64,000 nt of DNA from an uncultured Gammaproteobacteria bacterium (GTDB lineage Bacteria > Pseudomonadota > Gammaproteobacteria > Competibacterales > Competibacteraceae), in contig CAVRCC010000034.1 in NCBI GenBank assembly GCA_963719395.1, forward strand, positions 130,253 to 194,252, read 5' to 3'. Below, piece by piece: positions 36,977 through 48,631 of the stretch; positions within the stretch are counted from its first letter, which is position 1; every line of letters starts with the position of its first letter. The notes beneath the pieces were generated by a model. It saw nothing but the letters and a program-made list of their open reading frames with translations, searched no databases and was not told where the DNA came from. The position numbers were made by a program, and so were the translations under genes.

Positions 36977-39118
36977 ATGTCCGCCCGCGCTCGCGTATGG
37001 CCAGGCAATCCGTACCCTCTCGGCGCCACCTGGGATGGCAAGGGCGTCAATTTCGCGCTGTTTTCCGCCCACGCCGAGAAGGTCGAACTATGCCTGTTCG
37101 ACTCCTCGGGCCAGCGCGAAATCGAGCGCCTGGTGCTGGCGGAAAATACCGACCAGATCTGGCATGGCTACATCCCGGGGCTTTGGCCCGGCGCCCTGTA
37201 CGGCTATCGCGTATCGGGACCCTACGAACCGCAGATCGGCCATCGCTTCAACCACCATAAACTCCTGCTCGATCCCTACGCCAAGCAGTTCTACGGCGCC
37301 TTGCATCTGCGCGACGAACACTGCGGCTATCAGGTCGGTCACCGCGACGCCGACTTATCCTTCGATACCCGCGACAACGCCCGCGACATGCTCAAATGCG
37401 TGGTGGTGGACACTCGCTTTAATTGGGACGGCGATCGCTACCCCGAAGTCCCCTGGTCGCAAACCCTGATCTACGAAACTCATGTCCGCGGCTTCACCAT
37501 CCGCCACGAGGGCATACCCCACCACCTGCGCGGCACCTTCGCGGGCCTCGCTCACCCCGAAATCATTAAGTATCTGCAGTCGCTCGGCATCACCGCCGTG
37601 GAACTGATGCCGGTTCATGCCTTCGTGGATGACCGTTTTCTGACCGACCGCGGGCTGCGCAATTACTGGGGTTACAACACCCTATGCTTTTTCGCTCCGG
37701 AGCCGCGCTACCTGAGCAGCGGCGATCTGGTCGAGTTCAAGACCATGATCAAGCGCTTGCACGATGCCGGCATCGAGGTGTTGCTGGACGTGGTCTACAA
37801 CCACACCGCCGAGGGCGACCAGATGGGTCCCACCCTCAGCTTCAAGGGCATCGACAATGCCTCCTATTACCGACTCCTGCCCCACGACCGCCGGCACTAC
37901 ATCAATGACACCGGCTGCGGCAACACCCTGAATCTGATGCATCCACGGGTGTTGCAGATGGTGATGGACAGCCTGCGTTACTGGGTCAACGAAATGCATG
38001 TGGACGGCTTCCGTTTCGACCTGGCGGTGACGCTGGGCCGCGAGGAGTACGGTTACGACCGCGCTGGCGGTTTCTTCGACGCCATCCGTCAGGATCCCGC
38101 CATGTCGCGGGTCAAGATCATCGCCGAACCCTGGGACATCGGCCCCGGCGGCTACCAGCTCGGCGGCTTTCCAGCCGGCACCGCCGAATGGAACGACCGT
38201 TTCCGCGATACCGCGCGCCGGTTCTGGCGCGGCGACGACGGCATGCTGGCCAAGCTGTCGCCCAACCTGCTCGCCTCCAGCGATCTGTTCGAGCACGATT
38301 GCCGGCGACCCTGGGCCACGGTCAACTACATCGCCAGCCACGATGGGTTCACCCTAGCCGATCTGGTCAGCTACAACGAGCGCCACAACGAGGCCAACGG
38401 CGAGAACAACCGCGATGGCCACCCGTCCAATTTCAGCAACAACCATGGAGTCGAGGGACCGACGCCCAACTCCGCCATCCGGCAAATCCGCCTGCGTCAG
38501 CGTCGCAACATGCTGGCCACCGTGCTGCTGGCCCAGGGTACGCCGATGCTGCTGGCCGGCGACGAGTTCGGCCGCAGCCAGCGCGGCAACAACAACGCCT
38601 ATTGCCAGGATAACGACATCAACTGGCTGGACTGGGACACCCCTCCTCCCGAGGAGCGGGAGTTTCTCGATTTCGTCCGCCGGCTGATCAACCTGCGCCG
38701 GGAACATCCGGTGCTGCGCCGATCTCGCTTCATGCACGGCTCGCAGATTTCGAAAATCACCGGGCTGCGCGATGTCGAGTGGATCAGTCCCGGTGGCGGG
38801 GCTATGAGCGACTATCACTGGCAGGAACCCAAAGCCCGCTGTTTTGGCCTCCTGCTGGCAGGCGACGCCGGCGAATACTTCACCGCCGACGGTTACCCGG
38901 AAACCGACGATACGATGCTGCTGATCTTGAACGCCAGCCCGACGGCGATCCCATTCCGCTTACCCACGGCTCGCGGCGCCAGCCACTGGCGCTGTCTGCT
39001 CGATACCACCCAACCACAACAGGCGGCGGGCGAATTATTGCTGGAGGTCGGTGGCGATTTCCAAATGGAACCCTGGGCAGTGACCGTGTTTGCGCTGGTG
39101 CTGGCCAGTCCGGACTAA
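36977..39118 (+). CDS. glgX: Glycogen debranching enzyme
   Basis: PLGATWDG, NYWGYN, DVVYNHTAEG, DGFRFDLA and HDGFTL motifs. Confidence 0.95.
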   Translation: MSARARVWPGNPYPLGATWDGKGVNFALFSAHAEKVELCLFDSSGQREIERLVLAENTDQIWHGYIPGLWPGALYGYRVSGPYEPQIGHRFNHHKLLLDPYAKQFYGALHLRDEHCGYQVGHRDADLSFDTRDNARDMLKCVVVDTRFNWDGDRYPEVPWSQTLIYETHVRGFTIRHEGIPHHLRGTFAGLAHPEIIKYLQSLGITAVELMPVHAFVDDRFLTDRGLRNYWGYNTLCFFAPEPRYLSSGDLVEFKTMIKRLHDAGIEVLLDVVYNHTAEGDQMGPTLSFKGIDNASYYRLLPHDRRHYINDTGCGNTLNLMHPRVLQMVMDSLRYWVNEMHVDGFRFDLAVTLGREEYGYDRAGGFFDAIRQDPAMSRVKIIAEPWDIGPGGYQLGGFPAGTAEWNDRFRDTARRFWRGDDGMLAKLSPNLLASSDLFEHDCRRPWATVNYIASHDGFTLADLVSYNERHNEANGENNRDGHPSNFSNNHGVEGPTPNSAIRQIRLRQRRNMLATVLLAQGTPMLLAGDEFGRSQRGNNNAYCQDNDINWLDWDTPPPEEREFLDFVRRLINLRREHPVLRRSRFMHGSQISKITGLRDVEWISPGGGAMSDYHWQEPKARCFGLLLAGDAGEYFTADGYPETDDTMLLILNASPTAIPFRLPTARGASHWRCLLDTTQPQQAAGELLLEVGGDFQMEPWAVTVFALVLASPD

Positions 39119-39119
39119 A

Positions 39120-39200
39120 TCCTTTATCAAAAACAATAACTGTTATATAAATATCATTAAATATTCTTTTTGATTATTTAGCATGCCCCCTATAGTCACC
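39120..39200 (+). promoter_or_regulatory. AT-rich promoter region of the sulfate transport operon (possible CysB site)
   Basis: Very AT-rich tract upstream of cysT; CysB control inferred from the known regulon. Confidence 0.4.
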
Positions 39201-39343
39201 GGCCGTCCGGCCCGGTCTATCCGGCGCCGGACGTTGTTTTTCATCACTGTCCATGGAGTTCCGATGTTGCGCGCAGCCCCGCCCTACCTCACGGCCGCTC
39301 CAACGGGGCCGGCGCCGAGCCCTGATCGCGCGGGTCGTTTCGC

Positions 39344-40189
39344 ATGACGCTACGGTTTCGCCAGCCCAGCGTGCTGCCGGGTTTCGGCCTGACGCTCGGC
39401 TTTACCCTCGGCTATCTCAGCCTGATCGTACTCATCCCGCTGGCGATGGCTTTTTTGCGTGCGTTCGACCTGAGTTGGGACCAATTCTGGCAGGCGGTCA
39501 CCGCGCCCCGAGTGATCGCGTCGTACCGGCTGACCTTCGGCGCCGCCTTCCTGGCTGCCGCCTTCAACGCGGTCTTCGGCCTGATCGTCGCCTGGGTACT
39601 GGTGCGTTACCGGTTTCCCGGCCAGCGCCTGGTGGACGCGCTGGTGGATTTGCCGTTCGCCCTGCCCACCGCCGTGGCCGGCATCACTCTGGCCACGATC
39701 TATTCCAGCAATGGCTGGATCGGCCAGTACCTCAAACCGCTCGGCATCAAGATCGCCTTTACCCCGCTGGGCGTGATCGTAGCCCTGGTCTTCATCAGCC
39801 TGCCGTTCGTGGTGCGCACCGTCCAGCCGGTGCTGGAAGATCTGGAAGCCGAGGTCGAGGAAGCCGCCGCCAGTCTGGGAGCGGATCGCTGGCGGATTTT
39901 CCAGCGCGTCATCTTCCCGGCGATTCGTCCGGCGCTACTGACCGGCTTCACCCTGGCCTTCGCCCGCGCCATCGGCGAATACGGCTCGGTGATCTTCATC
40001 GCCGGCAATCTGCCGATGGTGTCGGAGATCACCCCCTTGCTGATCGTCAGCAAGCTGGAGCAGTACGACTACAGCGGCGCGGCGGCAGTGTCGGTGGTCA
40101 TGCTGGTGATCTCCTTCGTCCTGCTGTTGCTGATCAACCTGCTCCAGCGCTGGAGTCGGACCCGGAGCGGCTGGGAGGCGGCGCCATGA
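39344..40189 (+). CDS. cysT: Sulfate ABC transporter permease CysT
   Basis: [19 protein letters not shown] and EEAAASLGA motifs. Confidence 0.93.
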   Translation: MTLRFRQPSVLPGFGLTLGFTLGYLSLIVLIPLAMAFLRAFDLSWDQFWQAVTAPRVIASYRLTFGAAFLAAAFNAVFGLIVAWVLVRYRFPGQRLVDALVDLPFALPTAVAGITLATIYSSNGWIGQYLKPLGIKIAFTPLGVIVALVFISLPFVVRTVQPVLEDLEAEVEEAAASLGADRWRIFQRVIFPAIRPALLTGFTLAFARAIGEYGSVIFIAGNLPMVSEITPLLIVSKLEQYDYSGAAAVSVVMLVISFVLLLLINLLQRWSRTRSGWEAAP

Positions 40190-41061
40190 GCGGATCCACG
40201 AACCGCGCCCCGATTTCCACCGCCACCACCGAACCCCCGTTCGTTCGCTGGACCTTGATCGCCGTGGCGCTGGTTTTCCTGACCCTGTTCTTGTTCGTAC
40301 CGCTGGCGGCGGTATTCTACGAGGCGTTGCGCAAGGGGGTCGGCGTCTACCTGGCCGCCATCACCGATCCCTATGCCCTGTCCGCGATTCGCCTGACCCT
40401 GCTCAGCGTCGCGATCGCCGTGCCGCTGAATCTGGCGTTCGGCATCGCCGCCGCCTGGGCGATCGCCAAGTTCGAGTTCTACGGCAAGAGCATCCTGATC
40501 ACCCTGATCGATCTACCGTTCGCGGTCTCGCCGGTGATCGCCGGGCTGATCTATGTGTTGCTGTTCGGCGCGCAGGGCTGGCTGGGTCCCTGGCTGGCGA
40601 CGCACGACCTTAAGATCGTCTTCGCCGTCCCCGGCATCGTGCTGGCCACCGTGTTCGTGACCGTGCCGTTCATCGCCCGCGAGTTGATTCCGCTGATGCA
40701 GGCTCAAGGCGCCGACGAGGAGGAAGCAGCGCTGGTGCTCGGCGCCAGCGGCTGGCTGACCTTCTGGCGCATTACCCTGCCCAACATCAAGTGGGGCCTG
40801 CTCTATGGCGTGGTGCTCTGCACCGCGCGCGCCATGGGCGAGTTCGGCGCGGTATCGGTAGTATCCGGTCACATCCGCGGCCTGACCAACACTCTGCCGC
40901 TGCATGTGGAAATCCTTTACAACGAATACCAGTTCGCGGCTGCCTTCGCCTGTGCTTCGCTGCTAACTCTGCTGGCGCTGGTCATGCTGGCGCTCAAGAT
41001 CCTGATCGAGCGCCACGCCATCCAGCAGCGGCGAACCGCGTTGGCCAGTGAGACCTTATGA
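40186..41061 (+). CDS. cysW: Sulfate ABC transporter permease CysW
   Basis: [12 protein letters not shown] and [19 protein letters not shown] motifs; ATG at 40186 overlaps cysT stop. Confidence 0.93.
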   Translation: MSGSTNRAPISTATTEPPFVRWTLIAVALVFLTLFLFVPLAAVFYEALRKGVGVYLAAITDPYALSAIRLTLLSVAIAVPLNLAFGIAAAWAIAKFEFYGKSILITLIDLPFAVSPVIAGLIYVLLFGAQGWLGPWLATHDLKIVFAVPGIVLATVFVTVPFIARELIPLMQAQGADEEEAALVLGASGWLTFWRITLPNIKWGLLYGVVLCTARAMGEFGAVSVVSGHIRGLTNTLPLHVEILYNEYQFAAAFACASLLTLLALVMLALKILIERHAIQQRRTALASETL

Positions 41062-42182
41062 GCATCGAAATTCAAGAACTGTACAAACGCTTCGGTACGT
41101 TCGTCGCCCTCGACGGCATCAATCTGAGCATTCCACCCGGCCAACTGGTCGCCCTGCTCGGTCCGTCCGGCTGTGGCAAAACCACCCTGTTGCGAATCAT
41201 TGCGGGTTTGGAAACCGCCGACCGTGGCCGGGTGTTGTTCGATGGCGAGGATGCGACCCGTCGCCACGTCCGGGAGCGCGGGGTCGGCTTTGTGTTTCAG
41301 CATTACGCGCTGTTCCAGCACATGACCGTGTTCGAGAACATCGCCTTTGGCCTGCGGGTGCGCCCGCGCGCCACGCGCCCGTCCGAGACCCAGATTCGCG
41401 ACAGGGTACGGGCTCTGCTGGATCTGGTACAGATGGGTTGGCTGGCCAACCGCTACCCCAACCAGTTGTCCGGCGGACAACGCCAGCGCATCGCCCTGGC
41501 CCGGGCGCTGGCGGTGGAACCCCAAGTGTTGCTGCTCGACGAACCGTTCGGCGCCTTGGACACCAAGGTGCGCAAGGAACTGCGCCGCTGGCTGCGCCGC
41601 CTGCACGACGAGCTGCACATCACTAGCGTGTTCGTCACCCACGATCAGGAGGAAGCGCTGGAAGTGGCCGACCAAATCGTGGTTATGAACCACGGCCACA
41701 TCGAACAGATCGGCTCGCCTCAGGAGGTTTACGACGCGCCGGCCACCCCGTTCGTCTATCAATTCCTTGGCAACATCAACCTGTTCCACAGTCGGGTCCA
41801 CGCCGGCTGGGCGCGGGTCGGCGGGTTGCGGGTGCGAGTGCCCGAGTACGGCGATACCGAACATACGCCGGCCATGGCCTACGTTCGACCGCACGATATC
41901 GACCTGCTGCGCGAACCCGAGGACGACGATACCACCTTGGCGGCCACGATCAGCCGGGTGTCCCAGTTGGGTTCGCTGGTGCGGTTGGAGCTGATCCGGT
42001 CGCCGGACGGTGAAATCGCCGAGGTGGAAATGACCCGCGAGCGCTACGCCACCGATCCGTTGCAAGCCGGCGATCTCGTGTTCGTCAAACCCCGACAGTT
42101 GCGGGTTTTCCTGCAAGACGATGCGGGCGTTGCTCCACCGATGCAATTGATGCACTGGAACGGCGACGGCGATGGCATTTGA
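41058..42182 (+). CDS. cysA: Sulfate ABC transporter ATP-binding protein CysA
   Basis: [24 protein letters not shown] and LLLDEPF motifs. Confidence 0.94.
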   Translation: MSIEIQELYKRFGTFVALDGINLSIPPGQLVALLGPSGCGKTTLLRIIAGLETADRGRVLFDGEDATRRHVRERGVGFVFQHYALFQHMTVFENIAFGLRVRPRATRPSETQIRDRVRALLDLVQMGWLANRYPNQLSGGQRQRIALARALAVEPQVLLLDEPFGALDTKVRKELRRWLRRLHDELHITSVFVTHDQEEALEVADQIVVMNHGHIEQIGSPQEVYDAPATPFVYQFLGNINLFHSRVHAGWARVGGLRVRVPEYGDTEHTPAMAYVRPHDIDLLREPEDDDTTLAATISRVSQLGSLVRLELIRSPDGEIAEVEMTRERYATDPLQAGDLVFVKPRQLRVFLQDDAGVAPPMQLMHWNGDGDGI

Positions 42183-42255
42183 GCGGGCAACCGTTTCCAA
42201 TAAGCCCGCCCCGCCCCACCCATGTTAGCTTGAGCGCCTGCTGAAAGGGGCTCTA

Positions 42256-42645
42256 ATGAACCTTCTCGATCAGATCGCCGAAACCCGAATTCAGGAAGCC
42301 ATCGAGCGGGGCGAGTTACGCGACTTGTCCGGCGAGGGCCGGCCGTTGCAACTGGATGATGACTCGGCGATTCCCGAAGAACTACGCGCCGCCTATCGGA
42401 TTTTGAAAAACGCCGGTTTTCTGCCGCCGGAACTGCAATTGCGCAAGGAAGTACGCGAGGCCGAGCAGCTTTTGCACCAGTTGCCGGAGGGCGAGCGCAG
42501 CCGCGCCCGTGTCCGCCTGGAACTGCTGCAATTACGGCTGGCGGCCAACCGTCGTCAACCGATCAATCTGCTGCTGGAAGACCACTACCGGCAGCGTCTG
42601 CTGGAACGTCTGGATCCCGACCGGCAAACGCCGCGAACACCATGA
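42256..42645 (+). CDS. DUF1992 / YhdN-like protein
   Basis: IAETRIQEAIERGE..L.GEGRPL and RILKNAGFLP. Confidence 0.8.
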   Translation: MNLLDQIAETRIQEAIERGELRDLSGEGRPLQLDDDSAIPEELRAAYRILKNAGFLPPELQLRKEVREAEQLLHQLPEGERSRARVRLELLQLRLAANRRQPINLLLEDHYRQRLLERLDPDRQTPRTP

Positions 42646-43958
42646 ACGAGACTTCCTCGCTGGCCGCGCTTGGCCTGCGCGAGCATTCGGCGCGGGACGA
42701 CCTCGACCGGGAATTCCACGCCCGGCCGTTCGAGCGGCTGGAAACCCCACGATTGATCTCTCATCTGGCGCTGCTGTCTGGAGCAGGCGCGGAGGCCATC
42801 GAACGAGACCGCGCCCATGTCGCTCGCCTCTGTGCCCGCTATGGCGTGGCGCCGCCCGCACCCGGCGCGGTGCATCTCAGCATGGACTGCGGACCGTTTC
42901 GGCTCAAGTGGGAACGGCATTCGGAATTCTCCGCTTACACTTTTATCCGTCCGGCTTCAGTGGGGGAGGAATGGTTCGCCGCACCGCCGATTGAAGCGCC
43001 GCCCCAGGACTGGCGAGCTGGCTTGGCCGGCGAATTGCTGGTCGCTACCCACTTGGCCCTGCGGCACGAATCCGAGCCGCCATTAGCGCTGGAGGCGTTG
43101 CACGCTCTGTTTGGCACTTCCCATATCAACGGCTGTCAGGTCGCTGATGGCGCCGCCATGGTCTGGAGCGACTTTCGGGTCCATGCCGATGGCTTCACCC
43201 GGATTCTGGCGCTGGACCGGGGTCTGCGCCCCACCCAGGCCGGCCGGCTGGTCCAGCGCCTGCTGAACATCGAAACCTACCGGTTTATGGCGATGCTGGC
43301 CTTTCCTTTGGCCCGCCAGGTCGATGGCGAGATTAACCGCATTGAGAACCGATTGGCCGATCTAACCGGCCGCATGAACCAGAATGCCGGTCTGCAACAG
43401 GATCAAGCCCTGTTGGCGGAACTATCGGCGCTGGCGGCCGCTATGGAGCGCATCACCGCCTCGACCACTTACCGGTTCGGAGCCAGCCGAGCTTATTACG
43501 ATCTGGTGGAGCGCCGCATCGCCGAACTGCGCGCGAGCCGGACGCCCAGCGTGCAAACCCTGCGGGAGTTCACCGACCGGCGCCTGGCGCCGGCCATGCG
43601 CACGGTAGAGACGATACGCGAGCGGCAGGACTCGCTGTCTACTCGTATCGCCCGCGCCGCCAACCTGCTACGGACCCGGGTGGACGTGGCTCTGGAGCAG
43701 CAGAACCGCGATCTGTTGCATTCCATGGATCGGCGGGCTGATTTGCAATTACGCTTGCAGGAAACCGTCGAGGGCTTGTCGGTGGTGGTGCTGAGCTACT
43801 ATCTGGTGGGGCTAATCAGTTACGCGGTTAAGGCACTGAGTAAACTGGGATTGCCCTTGAATCCCGACCTGGCGGCGGGGTTGGCTATCCCGGTGGTTCT
43901 GGTGGTAGTAGGTCTGGGTATACGTCGGTTGCGGCGGAAGCTTAGTCATTATGAATGA
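42642..43958 (+). CDS. DUF3422 membrane-anchored protein
   Basis: EFHARP, WERHSEF, GRLVQRLLNIETYR and QLRLQETVEGLSV motifs. Confidence 0.85.
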   Translation: MNETSSLAALGLREHSARDDLDREFHARPFERLETPRLISHLALLSGAGAEAIERDRAHVARLCARYGVAPPAPGAVHLSMDCGPFRLKWERHSEFSAYTFIRPASVGEEWFAAPPIEAPPQDWRAGLAGELLVATHLALRHESEPPLALEALHALFGTSHINGCQVADGAAMVWSDFRVHADGFTRILALDRGLRPTQAGRLVQRLLNIETYRFMAMLAFPLARQVDGEINRIENRLADLTGRMNQNAGLQQDQALLAELSALAAAMERITASTTYRFGASRAYYDLVERRIAELRASRTPSVQTLREFTDRRLAPAMRTVETIRERQDSLSTRIARAANLLRTRVDVALEQQNRDLLHSMDRRADLQLRLQETVEGLSVVVLSYYLVGLISYAVKALSKLGLPLNPDLAAGLAIPVVLVVVGLGIRRLRRKLSHYE

Positions 43959-44004
43959 TTGAAGGTGCTCTCTAACGATTAGGGGCTGGGTAAAAGCGAA
44001 CTGT

Positions 44005-44024
44005 TAAGATGATGGTATAAAAAC
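44005..44024 (+). repeat. Candidate Ter site 3, TAAGATGATGGTATAAAAAC
   Basis: Identical to 36847-36866; lies between convergent gene ends (43958 on +, 44066 on -). Confidence 0.7.
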
Positions 44025-44065
44025 GGGCTAATAGATCAGCCACCCTGATGCGAGGGGCTCACCTC

Positions 44066-44602
44066 TCACCAATCACCCCATTCGTCTTCGGCGTCATCGT
44101 CGCCGCTCTCGGGATGCAGCAGCACTACCCGCTCCGGCGCGAACTCCGCCAGTTTCATGGCGGTTTCCCGGGGCGCCAGGGAGAAGTCGAACTCGTTGCG
44201 GTCGCCGCGCAGAATCGCCAGGCGACCCATGGCTAGCGCCTGGTGCTGCTGCGACGTCACCCGGATGGCGCGGATCCGGCGGCCGTCCAAAAAATTGTAA
44301 AGGATTTCGGCTTTCGGATCGTTCAGACGGTGACTGTCGACCAATTGGCGGGCGCGGACGGCCAGCTCCCGCCGTTTTTTCTCGGCCTCGCGTTCCTGGT
44401 TGAGCCGTCGATCCTGCTCGCGTTTGCGCGCGGCCTCAGCCTCGGCCTGCCGGCGCACCTCGGCTTGCCGCGCTTCATCTTCGGTCGCCAGCGCCTTGCT
44501 TTTCTTGCGCTGATAGTCTTGCTTGCGCGTATCGGATTCCAGCTTTTTAGCCTTGTCCGATGGCACCAGCCCCGCTTTCAGCAATTCATCTCGCAACGAC
44601 AT
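44066..44602 (-). CDS. DUF2058 (YaiL-like) protein
   Basis: MSLRDELLKAGLV start, YNF, acidic C-terminus ending in W. Confidence 0.8.
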   Translation of the reverse strand: MSLRDELLKAGLVPSDKAKKLESDTRKQDYQRKKSKALATEDEARQAEVRRQAEAEAARKREQDRRLNQEREAEKKRRELAVRARQLVDSHRLNDPKAEILYNFLDGRRIRAIRVTSQQHQALAMGRLAILRGDRNEFDFSLAPRETAMKLAEFAPERVVLLHPESGDDDAEDEWGDW

Positions 44603-44681
44603 TATGGGTCTCGCCTCCCCACGGATCTTTAAAATTCCCCCTCTCCCCCAACCTGTCTCCCATTTGAGGAGAGGGCATTTT

Positions 44682-45920
44682 TCAATACAGAATCCGGGTC
44701 CGAATCGTACCGGCGACCTCATCCAGTCGTTTCCTCAACTGCATGGTCTCGGTCCGTTCGCCGCCGTCCACGTCGATCACCACGTAACCGATCCGGGCGT
44801 TGGTCTGCAAGTATTGGCCAGCGATATTAATCCGCTGCTCGGAGAAGACAGCGTTGATCTGCGACAGCACGCCAGGCTGGTTGTGGTGGATGTGCAGCAA
44901 CCGGTGCTTGCCGGGATGTTCGGGCAACGCCACCTCCGGAAAGTTGACCGAGCTGACGGTCGAGCCGTTGTTGCTGTACTTGATCAGCTTACCAGCCACT
45001 TCCAGACCGATGTTTTGTTGCGCCTCCTCGGTGTTGCCACCGACATGGGGCGTCAGTAGCACGTTGTCGAAACGACGCAGCGGCGAGACAAATTCCTCGT
45101 CGTTGGCCTTCGGCTCCGCCGGGAACACGTCGATGGCGGCCCCCGCCAGATGCTTCGATTCCAGGGCTTGCACCAGGGCATCGATCTCCACCACCGTACC
45201 GCGGGAGGCGTTGATCAGGCTCGCGCCCGGTTTCATCCGCGCCAGTTGTCCGGCCCCGATCATGCGGTAAGTCTGCGGCGTTTCTGGTACGTGCAAGGTC
45301 ACCACATCGGCAACGTCCAACAGCAGATCAAGCGACGGCAGCGGGTGGGCGTTGCCCAGCGCCAATTTGGTTTCGATGTCGTAAAACACCACCCGCATTC
45401 CGAGCGCCTCGGCCAGCAAACCCACTTGCGTGCCGATGTGGCCGTAGCCGACGATGCCCAGACACTTGCCACGCGCCTCGTGGGAACCAGTGGCGGTTTT
45501 CACCCAACCGCCGCGATGGGCCAAGGCGTTGCGTTGCGGAATGCCCCGCATCAGCAGAACGATCTCGGCCAGCACCAGTTCCGCCACGCTGCGGGTGTTC
45601 GAGAACGGGGCGTTGAACACTGGGATGCCGCGCCCCTGGGCGGCGTCGAGATCCACCTGATTGGTGCCGATGCAAAAACAGCCCACTCCGATCAGTCGTC
45701 GGGCGTGCTCGAATACCGTGGAACTTAACTGAGTGGCGGAGCGGATACCGACGAAGTAGGCATCGCCAATGGTTTCCAGCAACTGCGGTTCGGGCAAGGC
45801 TTTCGAGTGTGATTCGATGTTGGTGTAACCATCCGCCTGGAATGCCTCCACGGCGCTGGCGTGAATGCCTTCCAGCAGCAGGATCTTGATCTTGCTTTTA
45901 TCGAGTGAGGTCTTGGTCAT
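44682..45920 (-). CDS. serA: D-3-phosphoglycerate dehydrogenase
   Basis: KTSLDKSKIKILLLEG, CFCIGTNQV, APFSNTRSVAE, GYGHIG and ACT domain. Confidence 0.96.
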   Translation of the reverse strand: MTKTSLDKSKIKILLLEGIHASAVEAFQADGYTNIESHSKALPEPQLLETIGDAYFVGIRSATQLSSTVFEHARRLIGVGCFCIGTNQVDLDAAQGRGIPVFNAPFSNTRSVAELVLAEIVLLMRGIPQRNALAHRGGWVKTATGSHEARGKCLGIVGYGHIGTQVGLLAEALGMRVVFYDIETKLALGNAHPLPSLDLLLDVADVVTLHVPETPQTYRMIGAGQLARMKPGASLINASRGTVVEIDALVQALESKHLAGAAIDVFPAEPKANDEEFVSPLRRFDNVLLTPHVGGNTEEAQQNIGLEVAGKLIKYSNNGSTVSSVNFPEVALPEHPGKHRLLHIHHNQPGVLSQINAVFSEQRINIAGQYLQTNARIGYVVIDVDGGERTETMQLRKRLDEVAGTIRTRILY

Positions 45921-46016
45921 GGGTGCGCCGGGTTTGCCGATGATAGAATAGTGCTGAAAATAATCCCTCTGGCCGGGGGTGGCAACCTTACCCTTTTCCC
46001 CCTGAAGCGACAACCG

Positions 46017-47424
<1,408 letters not shown>

Positions 47425-47446
47425 TCTGGCGGAGATTCCAACTACC

Positions 47447-48631
47447 ATGCTAACGCACGATCAACTTTCCGCTCTGCTTACCGATCTGGAACTGGATCGC
47501 GTCGAGAGAACCATTTCGACCAAGGATACCGACAAATTCGGTGAAGCCATCTGCGCCTTCGCCAACGATTTACCCAATCATCGCCAACCCGGTTATCTGT
47601 TGATTGGCGTAAGGGATAACGGCCAACGTTCCGGACTTAAAGTCACGGATGATCTGCTGAAAAATCTCGGCGCCATCCGCTCTGATGGGAACGTGCTACC
47701 GCAACCGGCAATGAATGTAGACCGTTTCAGCTTCGACGATGGCGATGTGGCCATGGTCGAAGTTTTGCCGTCCGATCTGCCGCCCGTGCGCTATAAGGGA
47801 CGGGTATGGATTCGAGTCGGACCACGCAAAGGTGTTGCCAACGAACAGGAAGAGCGCATTCTGACCGAACGGCGCGTTGCGTTGGCCCGATCATTCGACG
47901 CTCGCCCGTGCTCTGAAAGCACCATCAGCGATTTGGCACTGGGGCAATTTGAAGCCTATCGTCTTCAAGCTGTCGATTCCGACACGATTGCCGCAAACCA
48001 ACGGTCAGTTGAGCTGCAACTCGGCTCACTGCACTTCTTCAACCCGGAACGAGGCTGCCCGACTCATGCCGGCATTCTGTTGTTTGGCAAAAATCCCCGT
48101 TTCTTTCTGCCCGGTGCTTACGTGCAATACCTGAAATTGCCGGGCACCGACCTGACCGATCTTCCTGAAGATCAGGCGGAAATATCGGGTGACCTGCAAT
48201 CCATGCTGCGCGAGTTGGAGCTTCGGATCAAGGCGATGATCCAAACCAGCCTCAGACCAACCGGTCGATTGCAGGAAAAAATGCTCCCCGATTATCCGGA
48301 ATGGGCATTGCGCGAACTACTGATGAATGCGGTCATGCACCGCAACTATGACAGCAACACCCCCGTTCGATTTTACGTATTCAGCGACCACATCGAAATC
48401 ATGAGCCCCGGTGGTCTATATGGGGAAGCCACCCGCGAAAATTTTCCTACTCGGAACAGCTACCGTAATCCGATTATCGCGGAGGCGATGAAAACACTGG
48501 GTTTTGTCAACCGCTTCGGTTATGGCGTACAACGGGCGCAAGCACTGCTTAAAGCCAACGATAACCCTACCGCGCAATTTGAATTCGACGAGCATTCCGT
48601 TCTGGTCAAGGTCTATCGGAGACCTGAATGA
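47447..48631 (+). CDS. Schlafen/AlbA_2 DNA-binding domain plus RecG-C/HATPase-like domain protein
   Basis: AICAFAND..GYLLIGVRD, YPEWALRELLMNAVMHRNY, SPGG and RNPIIA motifs. Confidence 0.82.
   Translation: MLTHDQLSALLTDLELDRVERTISTKDTDKFGEAICAFANDLPNHRQPGYLLIGVRDNGQRSGLKVTDDLLKNLGAIRSDGNVLPQPAMNVDRFSFDDGDVAMVEVLPSDLPPVRYKGRVWIRVGPRKGVANEQEERILTERRVALARSFDARPCSESTISDLALGQFEAYRLQAVDSDTIAANQRSVELQLGSLHFFNPERGCPTHAGILLFGKNPRFFLPGAYVQYLKLPGTDLTDLPEDQAEISGDLQSMLRELELRIKAMIQTSLRPTGRLQEKMLPDYPEWALRELLMNAVMHRNYDSNTPVRFYVFSDHIEIMSPGGLYGEATRENFPTRNSYRNPIIAEAMKTLGFVNRFGYGVQRAQALLKANDNPTAQFEFDEHSVLVKVYRRPE

Noticed and set aside
35921-44020. ATGATGGTATAA as merely an extended -10 element or CysB box
   Set aside because: Copy 3 lies between convergent gene ends, copies 2 and 3 share 20 identical bp, the motif is non-palindromic, and it is absent upstream of cysT.
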